DNA of 64,000 nucleotides from Camelus dromedarius (GCF_036321535.1 NC_087436.1:108254001-108318000); one strand, 5' to 3'. Counted from the stretch's first letter, positions 37,920 to 52,029 are shown. Numbers and translations: made by a program. Notes: generated from the letters alone by a model not told the origin.

Positions 37920-38135
37920 AAGGCCTTTGCACCTGCTGTTCTTTTTGCTTTGAGTACGCTTTCTGTGGAACTCTAGGTCTTAATTCAGTTGTTACCATTT
38001 CAGAGTGGGCTTTTCTTAAAATTCCAAATTGAGCAAACTTCCCACTCACTCAGACATACACTAACACACACCCTACTTTCCCTTCATCGTTAATGTATAT
38101 ATAAAGCACCCAGGACATGAGAAGCCATGATAAAT
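37920..38135 (+). mobile_element. L2 fragment
   Basis: Contains the L2 motif 'ggcctttgcacctgctgttc'. Confidence 0.55.
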
Positions 38136-39611
38136 GCCAGGTCTTTCTGTTTGCCTCGGCCTGTAAGCTGGCACTTGTTTCTGGCCAAAACTAAAACCAC
38201 TATGTTTTAGGTGAAGTAAAAACAAAGAATGTTTCAAATATTAAATGATAATGTGCACATTATTGACTTCCGTCGTTTTTCTAAATGGCTCTTCAAATGA
38301 ATTAATCTGTTAGGAATTCTGTTTCCTAAATGAGATTTATGAGTATTGGCTAATTCGTGTTTCTAATATTCCCAACTACGTTCATAGCTGTTTTGTTTTT
38401 ATTTTTGTTTTTTCCTTCGGCCTTACTGTGTTTAGTATTTTAAAGTCTCTTAAGAGAGAAAAGTCTTTATGTGTATGAATTTTGGAGGTGGGGATGGAGT
38501 AAGGTTGGGAGACTGTCAGCACAGAGATATTTGTACTCTAGGAAATTAAATGAATATTGCATTAGCTGATTTCTCTCCTACCAAATTCAAGTCCTCAAAG
38601 AGATCTCAGCTGCTATTCAAACCTTTCTTTCTTCAAATAAGGAATATAGTCAAGTTAATACTACCCACTTTTCACAGATGAGCTGGCAAAAGCCCAGGGA
38701 GCTAAATGACTTTCCATGTCACCACCCCAAAACCCTAAGTTTATGAGAATGGACGTACTTCAAAAGTTCTCTCTTAAGTACATTACCTACCGACACAAAA
38801 TAAAAAATAACTATCAGAGCAAAAAGACCATTTTACATGTATTCTGTACCCTCAAATATATCATATAAGGTCACACAAGCTAGAATAACTGTTTGAAAAA
38901 TAAACTAGTCAGCCAAGAAATGGCAGGTCTCACAAAACTTATCAAAGTTCACTTTTTCTCCCAATCAAAGAACTTTGGGATGTCATATTTTTCTTCATCC
39001 AGTCTGGGAGGATGTGTCAAAATCTTGTTGTTTATACAGTTTAGCTCATCCGATGGGAAGTTTGGGAATAAAAGCTCCCAGTGATGAAAGCTGCCTGTGT
39101 TCTGAGTGTAGAGAAAAGTAGTGACATCTTTTTAATTAGAGGACAAACTCAGAATATCTACCCTCCAGGCCTTTGCATCACCAAAGCAATTTCCAAAGTT
39201 GGAATTGTCTGCAGAAAAAGAATAATGCAATTAAATGTATTCTCAATGCATCAGGCAGAAATTAGAGTACAACTGAAATGCTTAATAGTATAATCCCCTA
39301 GCTACACCTCCCTGAGAAATGAAGATGTAAGATTCTAGTGAGCTACTCATTAAAGGGACTGCAGAATAATAGGATTAATGAAATGCACTAATATAATTTA
39401 TTTTCATCATAAATTTTAGTCATTTCAGACGTTACTGAATTACCTACATTGCAATAATAAAGGTTTTTTTTTTTTAAGTCATTGGAAAAAAATCATCATG
39501 CCAGGGGCCCACCTTCTTAATCAGCTGGAAGGACATTGATTTAGTGCTGGAGGGAGTCTTTTTGAACTCATTGTTCATGAACCATCAGTGTCTGGGACTC
39601 TCATTTTCTCT

Positions 39612-39895
39612 TTGTTCTATTTATTCAGCGTGTACTGAGTTACTGCTTGTTGCCAAGCACAGTGCCAGGTGCTGCTGATCAAAGGGAACTAAGGCTTCGT
39701 CCTTGCCCTCACAGACTTCACTCTCTAGCTCACAAACATACAAACAAATAATGACAATATGTGATGAGAACTACAAGGGTATGAACATTCTGCTGTGAGA
39801 TACAGATGAGAAACCTTATCCATGAGCCTCAGAAGGCTTCTTGGGAGACAGCTTTCTGTTGGGTCCTGAAGGACATTATTTAAGTTGAGCCAAGC
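39612..39895 (-). mobile_element. L2 fragment
   Basis: 'tattcagcgtgtactgagttactgcttgttgccaagcacagtgccaggtgctg...ccttgccctcacagacttcactctctag'. Confidence 0.75.
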
Positions 39896-40584
39896 AATGC
39901 TCTTCATATCTTTTCCTATAAACTTTAATTCATCCATACTTAGACTTTTCTTCACAGGACCCATGTAAAATCCCTGAAATAAAATAATGATGAGATCCTA
40001 TGCCCAGATATCATCAGTTCTTCCTTTGCCATCGAAGTCTGGATTCTGAGATCCCAGCCCTCTAGCCCTGCTTCCTTACTTTCAATACATCTCCTAACCT
40101 CTGGCTGCTTAACTGATCATTAGGGTTTTACTTTTCTCTGTTCTCTGGAATCTGTCTTCTCCTCATATGAGTTCATTTGCCCACTGCCAACACACAGGCT
40201 CTTTGTGTACATCTTAATCTCTGCTTCCTATATGACTGTGATTTATTGGTTTTATTTACTATTAAAATTTACCTAGTTAAAAGTAATTCAGATACCTTCT
40301 TCCATATTTTTAGCATGTTTCCTGGATCTACAACTCCCTTAGTACAGAGCTTCTTTACCAGACTCAGATCCTTTATTTTTGCCTCATTTAACTTGTCTTG
40401 ACATTTATCTCCCCTTTTTTCTTACACAATTTCTTCCAAGTTCAAGAAGAATCCAAAATTAGAAATGAAATGTAGATGGGCTGTTTTTCATAAGTGTATG
40501 GGTTAACAATAATAGGCTTTAACAATTGCATAAATAAGAGAGGCTAGAAAAATCCATGTGGCAAAGGATTACAGTCAGACATAA

Positions 40585-41780
40585 CAGCATGAACTCATAA
40601 TATAGGTATAGGTACAGGAAACTAAATATAGAAATATCTATAGATGTGGGTATATACATGCATTAATATTCAGATGTATATATATTCTGTCAGCTGAGTG
40701 GGCCTGGAAGCAACGACACCCCAGTAGCAATGAGCATACCTATTGCCCAGATTTTGATAATCAATAACCATTCTTCAGTAAAAGGAACCAGGGCTCCTTG
40801 GAGAAATGGTTGATGCTAGTACTGAACAGATATATACAAGATGAGCCTGGATTATCTTGTCTTGCCAAAAAGTAAGAAAATGCTAAATTAAAAAAAAAAC
40901 TATGTTGATGTCAAAGAGACACAAGCCCACTGAATTATCTCTCAATGTCCAAAGCTGGAATAATTTGAGCAACAAAATTATGTGGTGTTTTATTACAGTT
41001 CAACATTAAAAATAAATGTCCATGCTGAAGTAAATAAATGATTAGGAAATAAATTAATGGAGGAGAATAGACAAATCTCCATGCAGAAAAATCCCAGATA
41101 AATTTTGTAGATACTGTGCCCTCCCAGTGATGGACTGTAACTCCCCATTCCTTAAGTGTCGGCTGTACATAATGACTTCCTTCTAAAGGGAACAGTATAG
41201 GAAAGGAATAAAAGCATCATTTTACAGTGAAGAAACCTGACAAATGGTACCTCAGCCAGGTAATCAGAGCTAACATCGATCGTGAAGAAGTCATGTTGAC
41301 AGTATCCATCTTAGATATGATGTGATGAAAATTGCAGTCCTCCTTCAGAGGGAAATACATAGCCCCAGTCTATCTGATGAGAAAAATATATGATGAATTT
41401 TAATAGAGAGTCATTGTATAAATACCTGACCAGGACTCCTCAAAACAGACAATGTATCGAAAATAGAGAAAGTCTGAAAAACTGTCACAGCCAAGAGGAA
41501 CCTAAGTAGACATGACAAGTAAATGTGATTTGGTATCCTGGATGGGATCCTGGAACAGAAAAAGACTTTAGAGAAGAACTAAGGAAATTTGAATAAAATA
41601 TGGACTTTAGTTAATAAATATATATAAATATTGTAACAAGTATGCCAAAGAAATGTAAGATGTTAATAATAAGGTGAATTGAGTGTAATGTCTATGGGAA
41701 CTCTCTGTACTACCTTCATAATTTTTACATAAATGTAAAACTGCTCTAAAAATTTAAAAGAAACTTTATTTAAAATTTTA
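40585..41780 (+). mobile_element. Old LINE-1 3' UTR (L1MC/L1MD-like)
   Basis: 'gacaccccagtagcaatgagc', 'aaaggaaccagggctccttggagaaatgg', 'ggtatcctggatgggatcctggaacagaaaa' and 'tatgggaactctctgtactac'. Confidence 0.88.
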
Positions 41781-42739
41781 AAAATGGTACAGTTGATGTA
41801 AAATGACATAATGGGAGGAAGGTAAAGTTTGGGGAGAATATTTAGAATGAGAGTTAGGCTGACACAAATGAGAAGTATTGTCCTAAGTGAAGTAGACTTT
41901 TAGAAAGGAAAGAAAAGGCTTTTACTATTTTCTATGAATAATTTTCCAGTCAATAAATTAGGAAGAGCTAGAATTGCACAAAATGCAAATCTAAGGAGAG
42001 CTTCCAGTTCCACTGGTGGTTCTTGAGATGAATCTTTCCATTTCCTTTGATCTTGGGGGATAGAGAGATAAAACATGAAAACCACCTAAAATACGTAAGT
42101 TATTTCTTATCTCCTGTGTTCAGAGCATCTTTCAATTTATAAATTCAGCTTTTATCTTGGAGGTTGCTTTTGAGTCATGGAATTATTAAGTCTGTGTCCT
42201 AATCCAAGCCCAAAGCATATTTCTAAGTCTCTGCACTGCCTGCAGCTCCCATCCACAGCAGTGAGAAAGCAACTGAATAAGTCACTGTGAGAAAGAGTAG
42301 GAGACACACATCGGGTCATTCCAGTGCTGTACTGCCCAAAAGATTCTTGTAATGATTAAAAAGCACCAGAGCTAGTAGAAAAGAAAGCAAATAAATGCAG
42401 CTTATTTCTGCTGCTCTGGTACCAGGAAGCTGTCCAGAGGTGGCCGGCTGTGTGAGGAACAGGCATGGAGAAAATAGAGAAAGGTTGATTTTCCTGCAAC
42501 TCTTCCTGTGAGTTTCCCTCCTATGCCACAGGAGGAAAAATAAATAATGTGAAAACCAAATTCCAGGCTTGGTGCAGCTATGGAAGGCAGTAGTGAGCTT
42601 TTTCTAAGGTGAACTTTTCACAAAACTAGTGACTGGGGACAGACCTAAATCAGACTCTCCAGTTTGCTCCTTCATCACTTGCTTGTTAAGTTACTGTTAT
42701 GGGACTGCCATCGCTATTTGTCTTGGCTACTAGGGATTC

Positions 42740-43270
42740 ATGAATAAGCAAGACAGTTCTTGCTTTCAAAGAGGTGAAAGATAATGAGAAATATGACAAA
42801 TAAACAACTACAAATACTGAGATAAACACCATGGAGTTTTATACCCTGGACCAGGACAGTTGCAGGGAAGGAGCCCATGATTCTGCTGGGGCTGGAGGAT
42901 GAGGTTTCACAGAAAAGGTGATGTAGCTTTGAAGAAGAAACTATGTCAGGAATAACAGCTTGAAGTCCAACAAGAGTAGGAAGGATATTCTTGGCTGAGG
43001 TGACAGAATATGCCAAAGCATGAAGTTGAGGGATGATTTAAGGAACTGAGATTGGATCAGGGCAATTTCAAATTGCAGTTTCAAGTTGGGGAGTGTCTGA
43101 CTATGTGGCTTATGTACGGTGTGGCGTACCTGAACGTGGGGAGTGGGAGGGGCTGGGGGAGGGAAAACTTGGAGAGATAGACTGAGGCCAGGTTACAAAC
43201 AGCATTCTAGGCCACATTAAGAATTTTGGACTTTGGGCAAGGAGGAGTATTTGAATGGTTTAAATAGAGT
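42740..43270 (-). mobile_element. L2 fragment
   Basis: 'gaataagcaagacagttcttgctttcaaagag' through 'aggccacattaagaattttggacttt'. Confidence 0.65.
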
Positions 43271-43585
43271 AAGTGTTAGCACTTAATAATTCTAAAAAAA
43301 CGCAGTGGTAATTATGTTACTAACACTTTTATTTGCACTGCCACAAAACTTAATATTGCAGTATTTGTCTATAATGTTTAATAGTAAATGCTGATAGGAG
43401 TGTTTTGCTAACTGTAAAGATTTTATAGCTGAAAACTGCCTCCTTGCTAATTAATGTGTGATAAGACGACTTCAAATGCTTTCAATTCTATGCCCTCAAG
43501 TAAATAATTGATAATATCACTGAACAGGAACAAAGAAGTGATACCTTGCAGATTGTTATCCAGTAGAATATCTCTGGATCTTGTT

Positions 43586-44010
43586 ATTTATTCAACAAAT
43601 ATTTATTAAATACTCACCATGTACCAATCCTGGTGCCAGGAACCATTTATGCAAAGATACATAAGAATTCCTGAGCTCAAGCAGCTTGCAATCTGGTAGG
43701 GGAGCCAAATGTGCATATAAGTGAGCAGGATGTAAATTAACGTTGTGGTAAGAGTTGTGTGTGGAAGAACCATGGGAGGATGGAAAAGACAGAGGTCAGT
43801 TTTATCTTGTTGTAGGTGCCAGGATTGGGACAGGAAGGACCTTTTGGAGATAATGATCTTTGGATTGACTGTTGAATGCTAAGCACATGTTCATGAGATA
43901 GATGGGGGAGGGCAGTTCTGTAGGGACTGTAGCTTATTAGGTATGGAGGTAGGGAAGACCTTAATGAATATAGAAACTCTAGAAAACTGCCAAGTTCAGT
44001 TATGTGGCTT
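43586..44010 (-). mobile_element. L2 fragment including the 3' end
   Basis: 'atttattcaacaaatatttattaaatactcaccatgtacca...ctcaagcagcttgcaatctggtagggga'. Confidence 0.8.
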
Positions 44011-44145
44011 GTATGCAGTACCACCCTAGAGGGTACAATTCACATCAGAGTCTGTGAAGATGCCATCCCCTCCATCCCTAAAAAAACACACACACCAGTG
44101 AAGTTGTGCAGTATGCAATGTATATGACTTTACATGGCAGTCCTA
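44010..44145. mobile_element. MER91-like MITE fragment
   Basis: 'gaagttgtgcagtatgcaa...tacatggcagtcct' resembles the MER91 terminus. Confidence 0.5.
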
Positions 44146-44507
44146 CATGTCAACTCAGTGTTCGTGTGTTATATAATTAGTTATTTAATTAACTGTAAAA
44201 TAGGACTCATGCTGTAGCTAGCTCATAAATTGGAATGAAAATTAAATAAGTCAGTGTACATTAGCATTATTATAAATGCTATATAAACATTAGCTATTAT
44301 TATTAATCTTCATATACAACTTTAAAGATTTTATGTGGTAAATTCAACCTCATTTAAAAAAATATGACTTCTAGGTTTAGGCTTTATTCACCCTAATATT
44401 ATAAATTTATTCTCCTATATTTCTAATAATATTTTTTCATAGTTAATTGACTCTAAGATGTATGCCTAAATATATAATATGAAAAAAAGTGAGGTAGAGG
44501 TGGTTTC

Positions 44508-44840
44508 TGTATGTCGGCCCTAAGTTTTTTTTCACTTCAGAAGCAGGGTGGGATCCATTAGTTTAAAAGCTCACCAGCACCAAACTCCAATTTTTACACA
44601 TCCAATTGTTTTAAATATAACCCTAATAAGCATATTTTTAGCCATTTAGAGACTGTCTGCTTTGCATTCCCCACAAAACTGTACCCACCTCTATAAGACA
44701 TAAATAAGACAAACTCCAGTGCTATAAAAGACACTATTACCTGCTGCCCTTCAGAGTACTCAGACCCCCAGGGCTGCTGAGTGACCTCACTTAGGCAAAC
44801 CCCTCTCCCATCTTCTCTCCCAGGGAGTTCCCTACCCTCC
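44508..44840 (+). mobile_element. Possible LTR remnant abutting the L1
   Basis: TG start and TATAAAA near 44723; a possible continuation with AATAAA lies after the L1 (about 47066); no TSD. Confidence 0.3.
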
Positions 44841-47030
44841 ACAATGTTGTGTCAATTTCTGGTGTACAGCATCATGTTTCAGTCACACATATACATACAT
44901 ATATTCCTTTTCATGTTCTTTTTCATTATAGGTTACTACAAGATACTGAATATAGTTCCCTGTGCTATACGGTAGAAACTTCTTGTTGTTATCTATTTTA
45001 TATTTAGTAGTTAGTATTTGCAAATCTCAAAATCCCAATTTATCCCTTCCCACCCCCTTTCCCCACTAGTAACCATATGTTTGTTTTTTATGTCTGTGAG
45101 TCTGTTTCTGTTTTGTAAATAAGTTCACTTGTGTCTTTTTTTAAATTTAAGATTCCACATGTAAGTGATATTATATGGAATTTTTTTCTTTCTCTTTCTG
45201 GCTCACTTTACATAAATGATGATTTCCAGGTTCATCCATATTGCTATTTATTATTTTAGTCTTTTTGTGATTGAGTAGTATTCCATTGTATAAAGACACT
45301 ACAGCTTCTTAATCTAGTCATCTGTCAGTGGACATTTAGATTGTTTCCATCTCTTGATGATTGTAAATAGTGCTGCTGTGAACATTGGGGTACATGTATC
45401 TTTTTGAATTAGAGTTTCCTCTGGATATATGCCCAGGAGTGGAATTGCTGGATCATATGGTAAATATTTTTAGTTTTTTTAAAGATATCTCCATACTGTT
45501 TTCCACAATGGCTGCACCAAACTACATTCCCATCAACATTGTAGGAAGGTTCCCTTTTCTCCAAAGCCTCTCCAGCATTTATCATTTGTGGTTTTTTTAA
45601 ATGACGGCCATTCTGACTGGTGTGAGGTGATACCTCATTGTAGTTTTGACTTGTGTTTCTCTGATAATTAGTGATATTGAGCATTTTTTCATGTGCCTGT
45701 TGGCCATTTGTATGTCTTCATTGGAGAATTGCTTGTTTAGGTCTTCTGCTCACTTTTGGATGGTTTTTTTGGTTGTTGATAGTAAGTTGTATGAGCTGTT
45801 TGTATATTCTGGAAATTAAGCCCTTGTCAGTCACATCATTTGCAAATATTTTCTCCCATTCCATAGGTTGTCTTTTTGTTTTGCTTATGGTTTCCCTTGC
45901 CTTGCAAAAGCTTATAGATTTAATTAGGTCCCATTTGTTTATTTTGCTTTTATTTCTGTTGCCTGAGTAGACTGCTCCAGGAGAACATTGCTAAGATATA
46001 TGTCAGAAAATGTTTTGCCTATGTTTTCTTTTAGGGAGTTTATCATATCTTGTCTTATGTTTAAGTATTTAAGCCATTTTGAGTTTATTTTTGTGTATGG
46101 TTTGAGGGAGTGTTCTAACTTCATTGACTTACATGTCCAACTTTCCCAACACCACTTGCTGAAGAGACTATCTTTTCTCCATTGTATATTCTTGCCTCCC
46201 TTGTCAAATATTAATTGACTGTAAGTGTGTCGATTTATTTCTGGTCTCTCTCTTCTGTTGCATTGATCCATATTTCTGTTTTTGTGCCAATATCATGCTG
46301 TTTTGGTTATTGTAGCTCCATAGTATAGTCTGAAGTCTGACAGGGCTATTCCTCCAGTTTCATTCTTTTTCTTCAGTGTTGCTTTGGCAATTCTGTGTCT
46401 TTTGTGATTCCATATAAATTTTAGGATTATTTGTTCTAGTTCTGTGAAAAATGTCCTCGGTAATTTGATGAGGATCACATTAAATCTGTAGATTGCTTTG
46501 GGTAGTGTGACCATTTTAACAATATTAATCTTCCAATCCAAGAGCATGAGGTATCTTTCCATTTCCTTAAATTATCTTTAATTTCCTTAATCAATGTTTT
46601 GAAACTCTGCTTGGAAGTCTTCCACCTCCTTGGTCAAGTTTATTCCTAAGTTTTTTTTTTTTTTTGATGTAATTTTAAAAAGGATTGCTTCTTTCTGTTT
46701 CTGATGCTTCATTGTTAGTGTAAAGAAATGCAGCTGATTTCTGAGTGTAAATTTTGTATACTGCTACCTTTCCAAATACTTTTATCAGCTCTAGTAGTTT
46801 TTGTGTGGAACCTTTAGGGTTTTCTGTATATAGTATCACATCATCCACATATAGTGACAATTTTACCTCTTCTCTTCCAGTTTGGATCCCTTTTATTTCT
46901 TTTCTGATCTGATTGCTATGGTTAAGACTTCCAAAACTATGTTGAATAGAAGTGGTGAGAATGAGCATCCTTGTCTTGTTCCAGATTTTAGCAAGAAGGC
47001 TTTTGACTTTTCACCACTGAGTATTATGTT
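44841..47030 (-). mobile_element. LINE-1, 5'-truncated (~2.2 kb), with frameshifted ORF2 RT/C-terminal region and 3' UTR
   Basis: Minus ORFs 46675-46968 ([15 protein letters not shown]-like RT motif), 46293-46562 ([16 protein letters not shown]), 45939-46271 ([27 protein letters not shown]) and 45409-45684; 3' UTR is of the same type as the copy at 24296. Confidence 0.97.
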
Positions 47031-47079
47031 GTATCAGCCCATTTTTAAGAGGGGATGGCTTATGCAATAAAACAGATCC

Positions 47080-48300
47080 CTTGGGATTTTTTCAGGATTG
47101 TGAAAAATTTATGAATTACTAGGGAGGTAGGTAACTCACATCTCTACAACACTGAGTGTCCCCAGTAGGAATATTATATGTCTTTCCATTATTTAGGCCT
47201 TCTTTTATGTTCTCCATTTATGTTCTATAGATTTCTGCATGTGGGTCTTTAATTATTTTAATTAGGCTTATTCCTACATGTTTTATAGATTTTGTATTGC
47301 ATTCTGGATATTTTTATATATTCTCTATTTGATTATTGCTGAGTTATACAAAATTAGAGCTTTTGGAATGATTATTTTTTACCTTACTACCTTATTCAAC
47401 CTTATTAATTCTAAGTTTTTCATTGGCCTAGTTTGATGTGAACAACTATTCTTGCCACTTTAGTGAAACTGACTGCTTCTAGTGACTTATCATTGTTAAG
47501 TATGATGTTTTGATGAGGTTCTTTTAATTACTCTTTTATCAAGTTAAGGAAGATTCTTTGTTTTATAACCCTACTAAGATTTTTGTTTTCTATTTTACAT
47601 AGAATTTTTTTAATCTACAGGTAAAAAATTTGGTTTTCTACTTTTTTGTTTTTGTTTTAGCTACCGCTGTCTGTTTTGTTTGGGTTTATTTTGTTTATTT
47701 ATTTTTGGTATCAGAGTTAGACTTCGTTTGTGGGAGTAAATGAACTGGGAATTTGTCCATCTCTCCTATTTATTAACTTAGGAAATTGTTGATTTTTGAA
47801 AATTTGACTCCACTTTTCTCTTGAAAACATTTTACTCAAGTGTTTTTTAAAGATGCAGTAGGATATGACTATATGACTTTGAAAAGATTTCTTACATAAT
47901 TCTTAGTCTATTGAGATTTTCTAAAGTTTTGGGTCATTTTGTTTCCAATAAAACCATTTATTTCACCTGTTTCAAAATTTGACCACTTAAGTTTATATAT
48001 TGTTATAAAGTGTGAAAGTCTCTTTGTGTTCAAATTCTGTACTATTTCTTATTCCTAATATCGTTTATGTTTTTGTTTGTTATTGATAATTTCAAATAAC
48101 TGACTCTTTACGTAATTCAGCTTTTCTAAGTTTATTTTATTTTCTGTTTTATGATTTTAAATAGTTTTCTTATTTTGTAAATATTTTCTCTGTCATTAAT
48201 TCAATACTTATTTTCAATGTTTTTTTCTACAAATATATGTGAAACTGTATCTTCACTTTGAGTTAATTGTTTTACTCAATGCTCTATTTAATGCTTTTAT
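47080..48300 (-). mobile_element. Highly degenerate old L1 (L1M-type) remnant
   Basis: T-rich, with L1 ORF2-like antisense phrases ('tctttccattatttagg', 'tttatcaagttaaggaagattc', 'tttcttattcctaatat'). Confidence 0.6.
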
Positions 48301-51174
48301 TTTTATATGATTTTCACCTTATATGATAAACATATTGAGGTTACATAATTATATATGTAGATATATGCATGTGTGTTTATGTTTTAAAGACAAACCTTTA
48401 TGCTTATAAACTGGCACAAGTGCTGTCTTCCTTCATGATGTCAGTCCTGGTTCATGTGGTCTTCTTTTAAATTCTGTAGCTTTAGAATCTTAGCCTCACT
48501 GTTCACACTCAATCATATGTCCCCTTTAGCATCCATTACTGATTCCATGTGAGTTTTTCTTTTTGAGAACAAGAACCATGTCAGACACATGTGCCCTTCC
48601 ATAGACTTAAATATTCGACCAATGCTGAGCAAATTATTTTTAATTTATTGTCATGACTTACTACATTCCATCCTACAAGGCTTGCCTTTAGGTACTTTAT
48701 ATTTTGCTTCATCTTTTGTTATTTTTGGGTGGTGGCAGGATGAGATTGACTGGATAATACAAAGAACAGGAGTTGGTAAGAGTGAATGTCTTCTGGTTGA
48801 CGCATGTCCTGTGGAAACTGGGCTTGTCCATGTTTCTGTTCCTTTTAAATCACAGAAGCTTATGTAAAGGTTCAGAGGTCTGGTTCGACAGTCTCTAAAG
48901 GGAAATGCCAAAAGGCCTTACAGGTCATCCGCTGCACCAAAATATCATCTGCACCTAAAAAAGTGACTGGCATATTGTAGTCATTATGTATTTTTGGAAG
49001 TACGGTAATAATTATTTTAAAATTAATTTTTAAATAATGTAATTAATTAACGAGTTTTATTTTAAAATTAGAAAACTGAGCAAGGTAGGTGGAAATGTTG
49101 AAACTTGAACTCAAAGTACCTAACTCTGAAGTCCAGTTATCTTTTCCCTGTAAGATATCACCATCTAGATAATCTAATTCTGCTGAACATACTAACAAAA
49201 GGCTCTCCTTCAGAAATGTATCAGGGATTCAGATTGAATTGAGAGACCCTATGATCAAGGTAGAAAGATCGGAAACCTGTATTGAAAGCCACATTGCTTA
49301 TCATTATTACATTCACTGTCTTGCTTTCTCTTGGACATTCCTATCCTAAGAGGGAATGAGAGATGACAAAATTCAAGATTATTCTGTGTCAAAGTTTTAG
49401 GAGAAAGCAGCGTTTGTGTTTAGAATCTGAGTGGTAGCCACCTGGGGAGCCAGCTGATCTTTATGTCTTCACTCCTTCATTGCCTTGGAAAACATCCTTT
49501 TATTGCTAAACCTTTGATGTGTTTTTGTTTTGTTCTGCTTCGTTAGTTTCCCTTCCATTAAGGAGAATTGTACTCCTTTACAGATGATAGTTTTTCTACA
49601 CAATATAGATTTTGTGATACTACACTGTAGACGACACCAAGGAAAATTGTACTTTCAGGCATTAGAGAGTTGGCTTTATCACCCTATTTTATCATGGAGC
49701 AGCAAGCAGGAAGTTGTTATTTAGGTCTTAGCTGGGATGGTGAAACAAAGGTAACATGTGCCAGACGTGGGGACGTCAAGCAGAACAGCCTTGAAAATTT
49801 CTGAAGGCTCAAGTCCTAGGTAGAAAAAGGACATGGACTTTCTTTTGAGACACAGACTACCTAAGAAATAACAGAGGACCCAATAAATAAACAAACACAC
49901 AATGAAAATAACCAAAAACTCTGAGTCTTTTGATATTAATTTGAAATGTTTCATAAATGGAAAGTTAGTCAGATCATGGGGTTAAAAAAAGACATATCAA
50001 ATAGAAACAGCAGAAAGAGAAAAAATAGAAAACTGAATGCCATTTACAAAAAGAAGAATAGCAAATGTTTTTCTAAGAAGTCATATTTTGATATATTTTG
50101 GATGTATTCAGCTCTACACAGTGCACTTAGAGGAAATTAATTATTACACACATTTACTAATATTTCTCAGATATCCTGGTAAGAACTAACATAATAATTT
50201 TTCAAATAGCACAGTGTCTTCCTGTCGTGAATGAACAGGATTGGAGCGTCAAGGAGAGCTACATAAACGCTCGCCTTCCTTCACAGCTAGGCTGCTGGTT
50301 TTGCCCCATGACATGCTTTGTTAAGCTGTGGAGGGATATATGTATTGGTTGATATGTTGTTGACTGGGATGTTCTACCTAGAGAGTGGCTGCTTTTAACT
50401 TCAGAATGTAAGAAAAGTCAGTGGCATTCAATGAGATTTGGTCTTCGTCCCTAGATTTAATATTTTTATCAACACCCAGAGGAGAGACTGTAATATGAGC
50501 TCATTACCTTTGCTTCAGACACTAAGCCAGGGGTGTCAGGCACAGTAGTGAGAAATAGCTTGGCAATGCGAAGTTGCCCTAGGGAGCTGGGGAAAGTTTA
50601 GCGAAGACAGTTGTTTGCAAAAGGAGAAGAAACCTGAACAGACAAACTAAAGAGTAATTGGCTCCAGGAATACAGTCAAGATAAATCACAGGACTCTAAT
50701 TCATTATATCCCAGCCATGGATCAGAGCTGTAGCACTGATATTTTAAAAACACACATTGATTTTTAAAAATTTTATTCAACAAATATTATTCAAGTGAGA
50801 AACTCCTGGCGACAAGGACTCTGCTGGTACATCTCTTGGGGTCAGGGGCTATGTTCAGGCCGCTGTTGCACCCTGAGCCCCTAGAGCAATGCCTGGTGCA
50901 GAGTCCTGCCTGGCTTTGTTAGGGGAGGCAAGGAAAGCGGGGGCGTGACCACAAAGAAGAATAAGGCGGTGGGGGCAGTTTGTTTAGGGAGAGGGACACA
51001 CACACTCACTTTGTCCTGGACTCTAATGGCAAACACAAGAGGCTGACAGCTAAAGTTTGACCTTCAAGTTTTCAGGTTCTAACATGCAGGCTATGAAAAC
51101 TCATCTCTGTGCTTCAGTCTTATTATTTAAAACAAGGCTAATAAATTCTACTTTCAACAATGTTACAAAAACTC

Positions 51175-51223
51175 AGATAGATAGATGACAGGTAGGTAGG
51201 TAGGTAGACAGATAGATAGATAT
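51175..51223. repeat. (TAGA)n/(TAGG)n tetranucleotide repeat
   Basis: Read directly from the sequence. Confidence 0.85.
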
Positions 51224-52029
51224 TAATTACTTTTTCTCTCATTTTACCTCTGTGAAATATAGAATGTAGTTGTCTCTCAAGTGAAGATGGAAACACCTGA
51301 AGTGAACCTTTCCTTTTGCTTTTGGGCTGGGATGTTTATTAAATACCAGGTTCGAACCAAACTCCATTAATCTAGAAGACAGGATCCTAGGTTTTCATAT
51401 GAAAAGCAATAAGATTATATATATATATTTTTTTTCTCCTTTAGAGAACTAGTCTGTGAAAAGATGCTGTAGGAATAATAAAAATTTAATAGCATAGTAT
51501 TGAAGAGAAATATGTTTTCCATGACAAAATGGTTTATGCATTTTAAATTGAGTTTATGGAAATTAAAAATTAAATAACATGGCTTATATCATCTAGGTTT
51601 TAATCTACAACTGGGTAAAAAATGTGAATGTAATTTTTACATGTCAAAATCAGAAATCACCAGTGAAGTGGAAGTTAATAATTCCTTAACTATAGTGTCA
51701 GAGTTTCACAAGGTTTTCACCTGTGCATCTGCAGTATAGCTCAATTTGCATTTCATGGAATGCACCTGAGTACAGTTTGCAAGCCCTGGAACTGAGAACT
51801 TGTTTTTCATCACCCAAAAATCCTCTTTGAAAAATATACCAGCAGTGGTCAGTATTAAATATATACTCTAAGTGTCTCTTGAGTTTTGGAACATTAGTTA
51901 AATCATGGTTTGTTTTTAAACCATTTTAACACATAACTTGCAGTTGTGAGGAAATGTTAGTTATCAACCCATCAAGCTCTCAGCACTGGTCCCACAGGTA
52001 GGTGATGACATTTCCCATGCGGTGTGGGC

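Noticed and set aside
45409..46968. ORFs with a reverse-transcriptase motif as a gene or novel RT system
   Set aside because: Frameshifted LINE-1 ORF2 fragments from a 5'-truncated copy; not an intact gene
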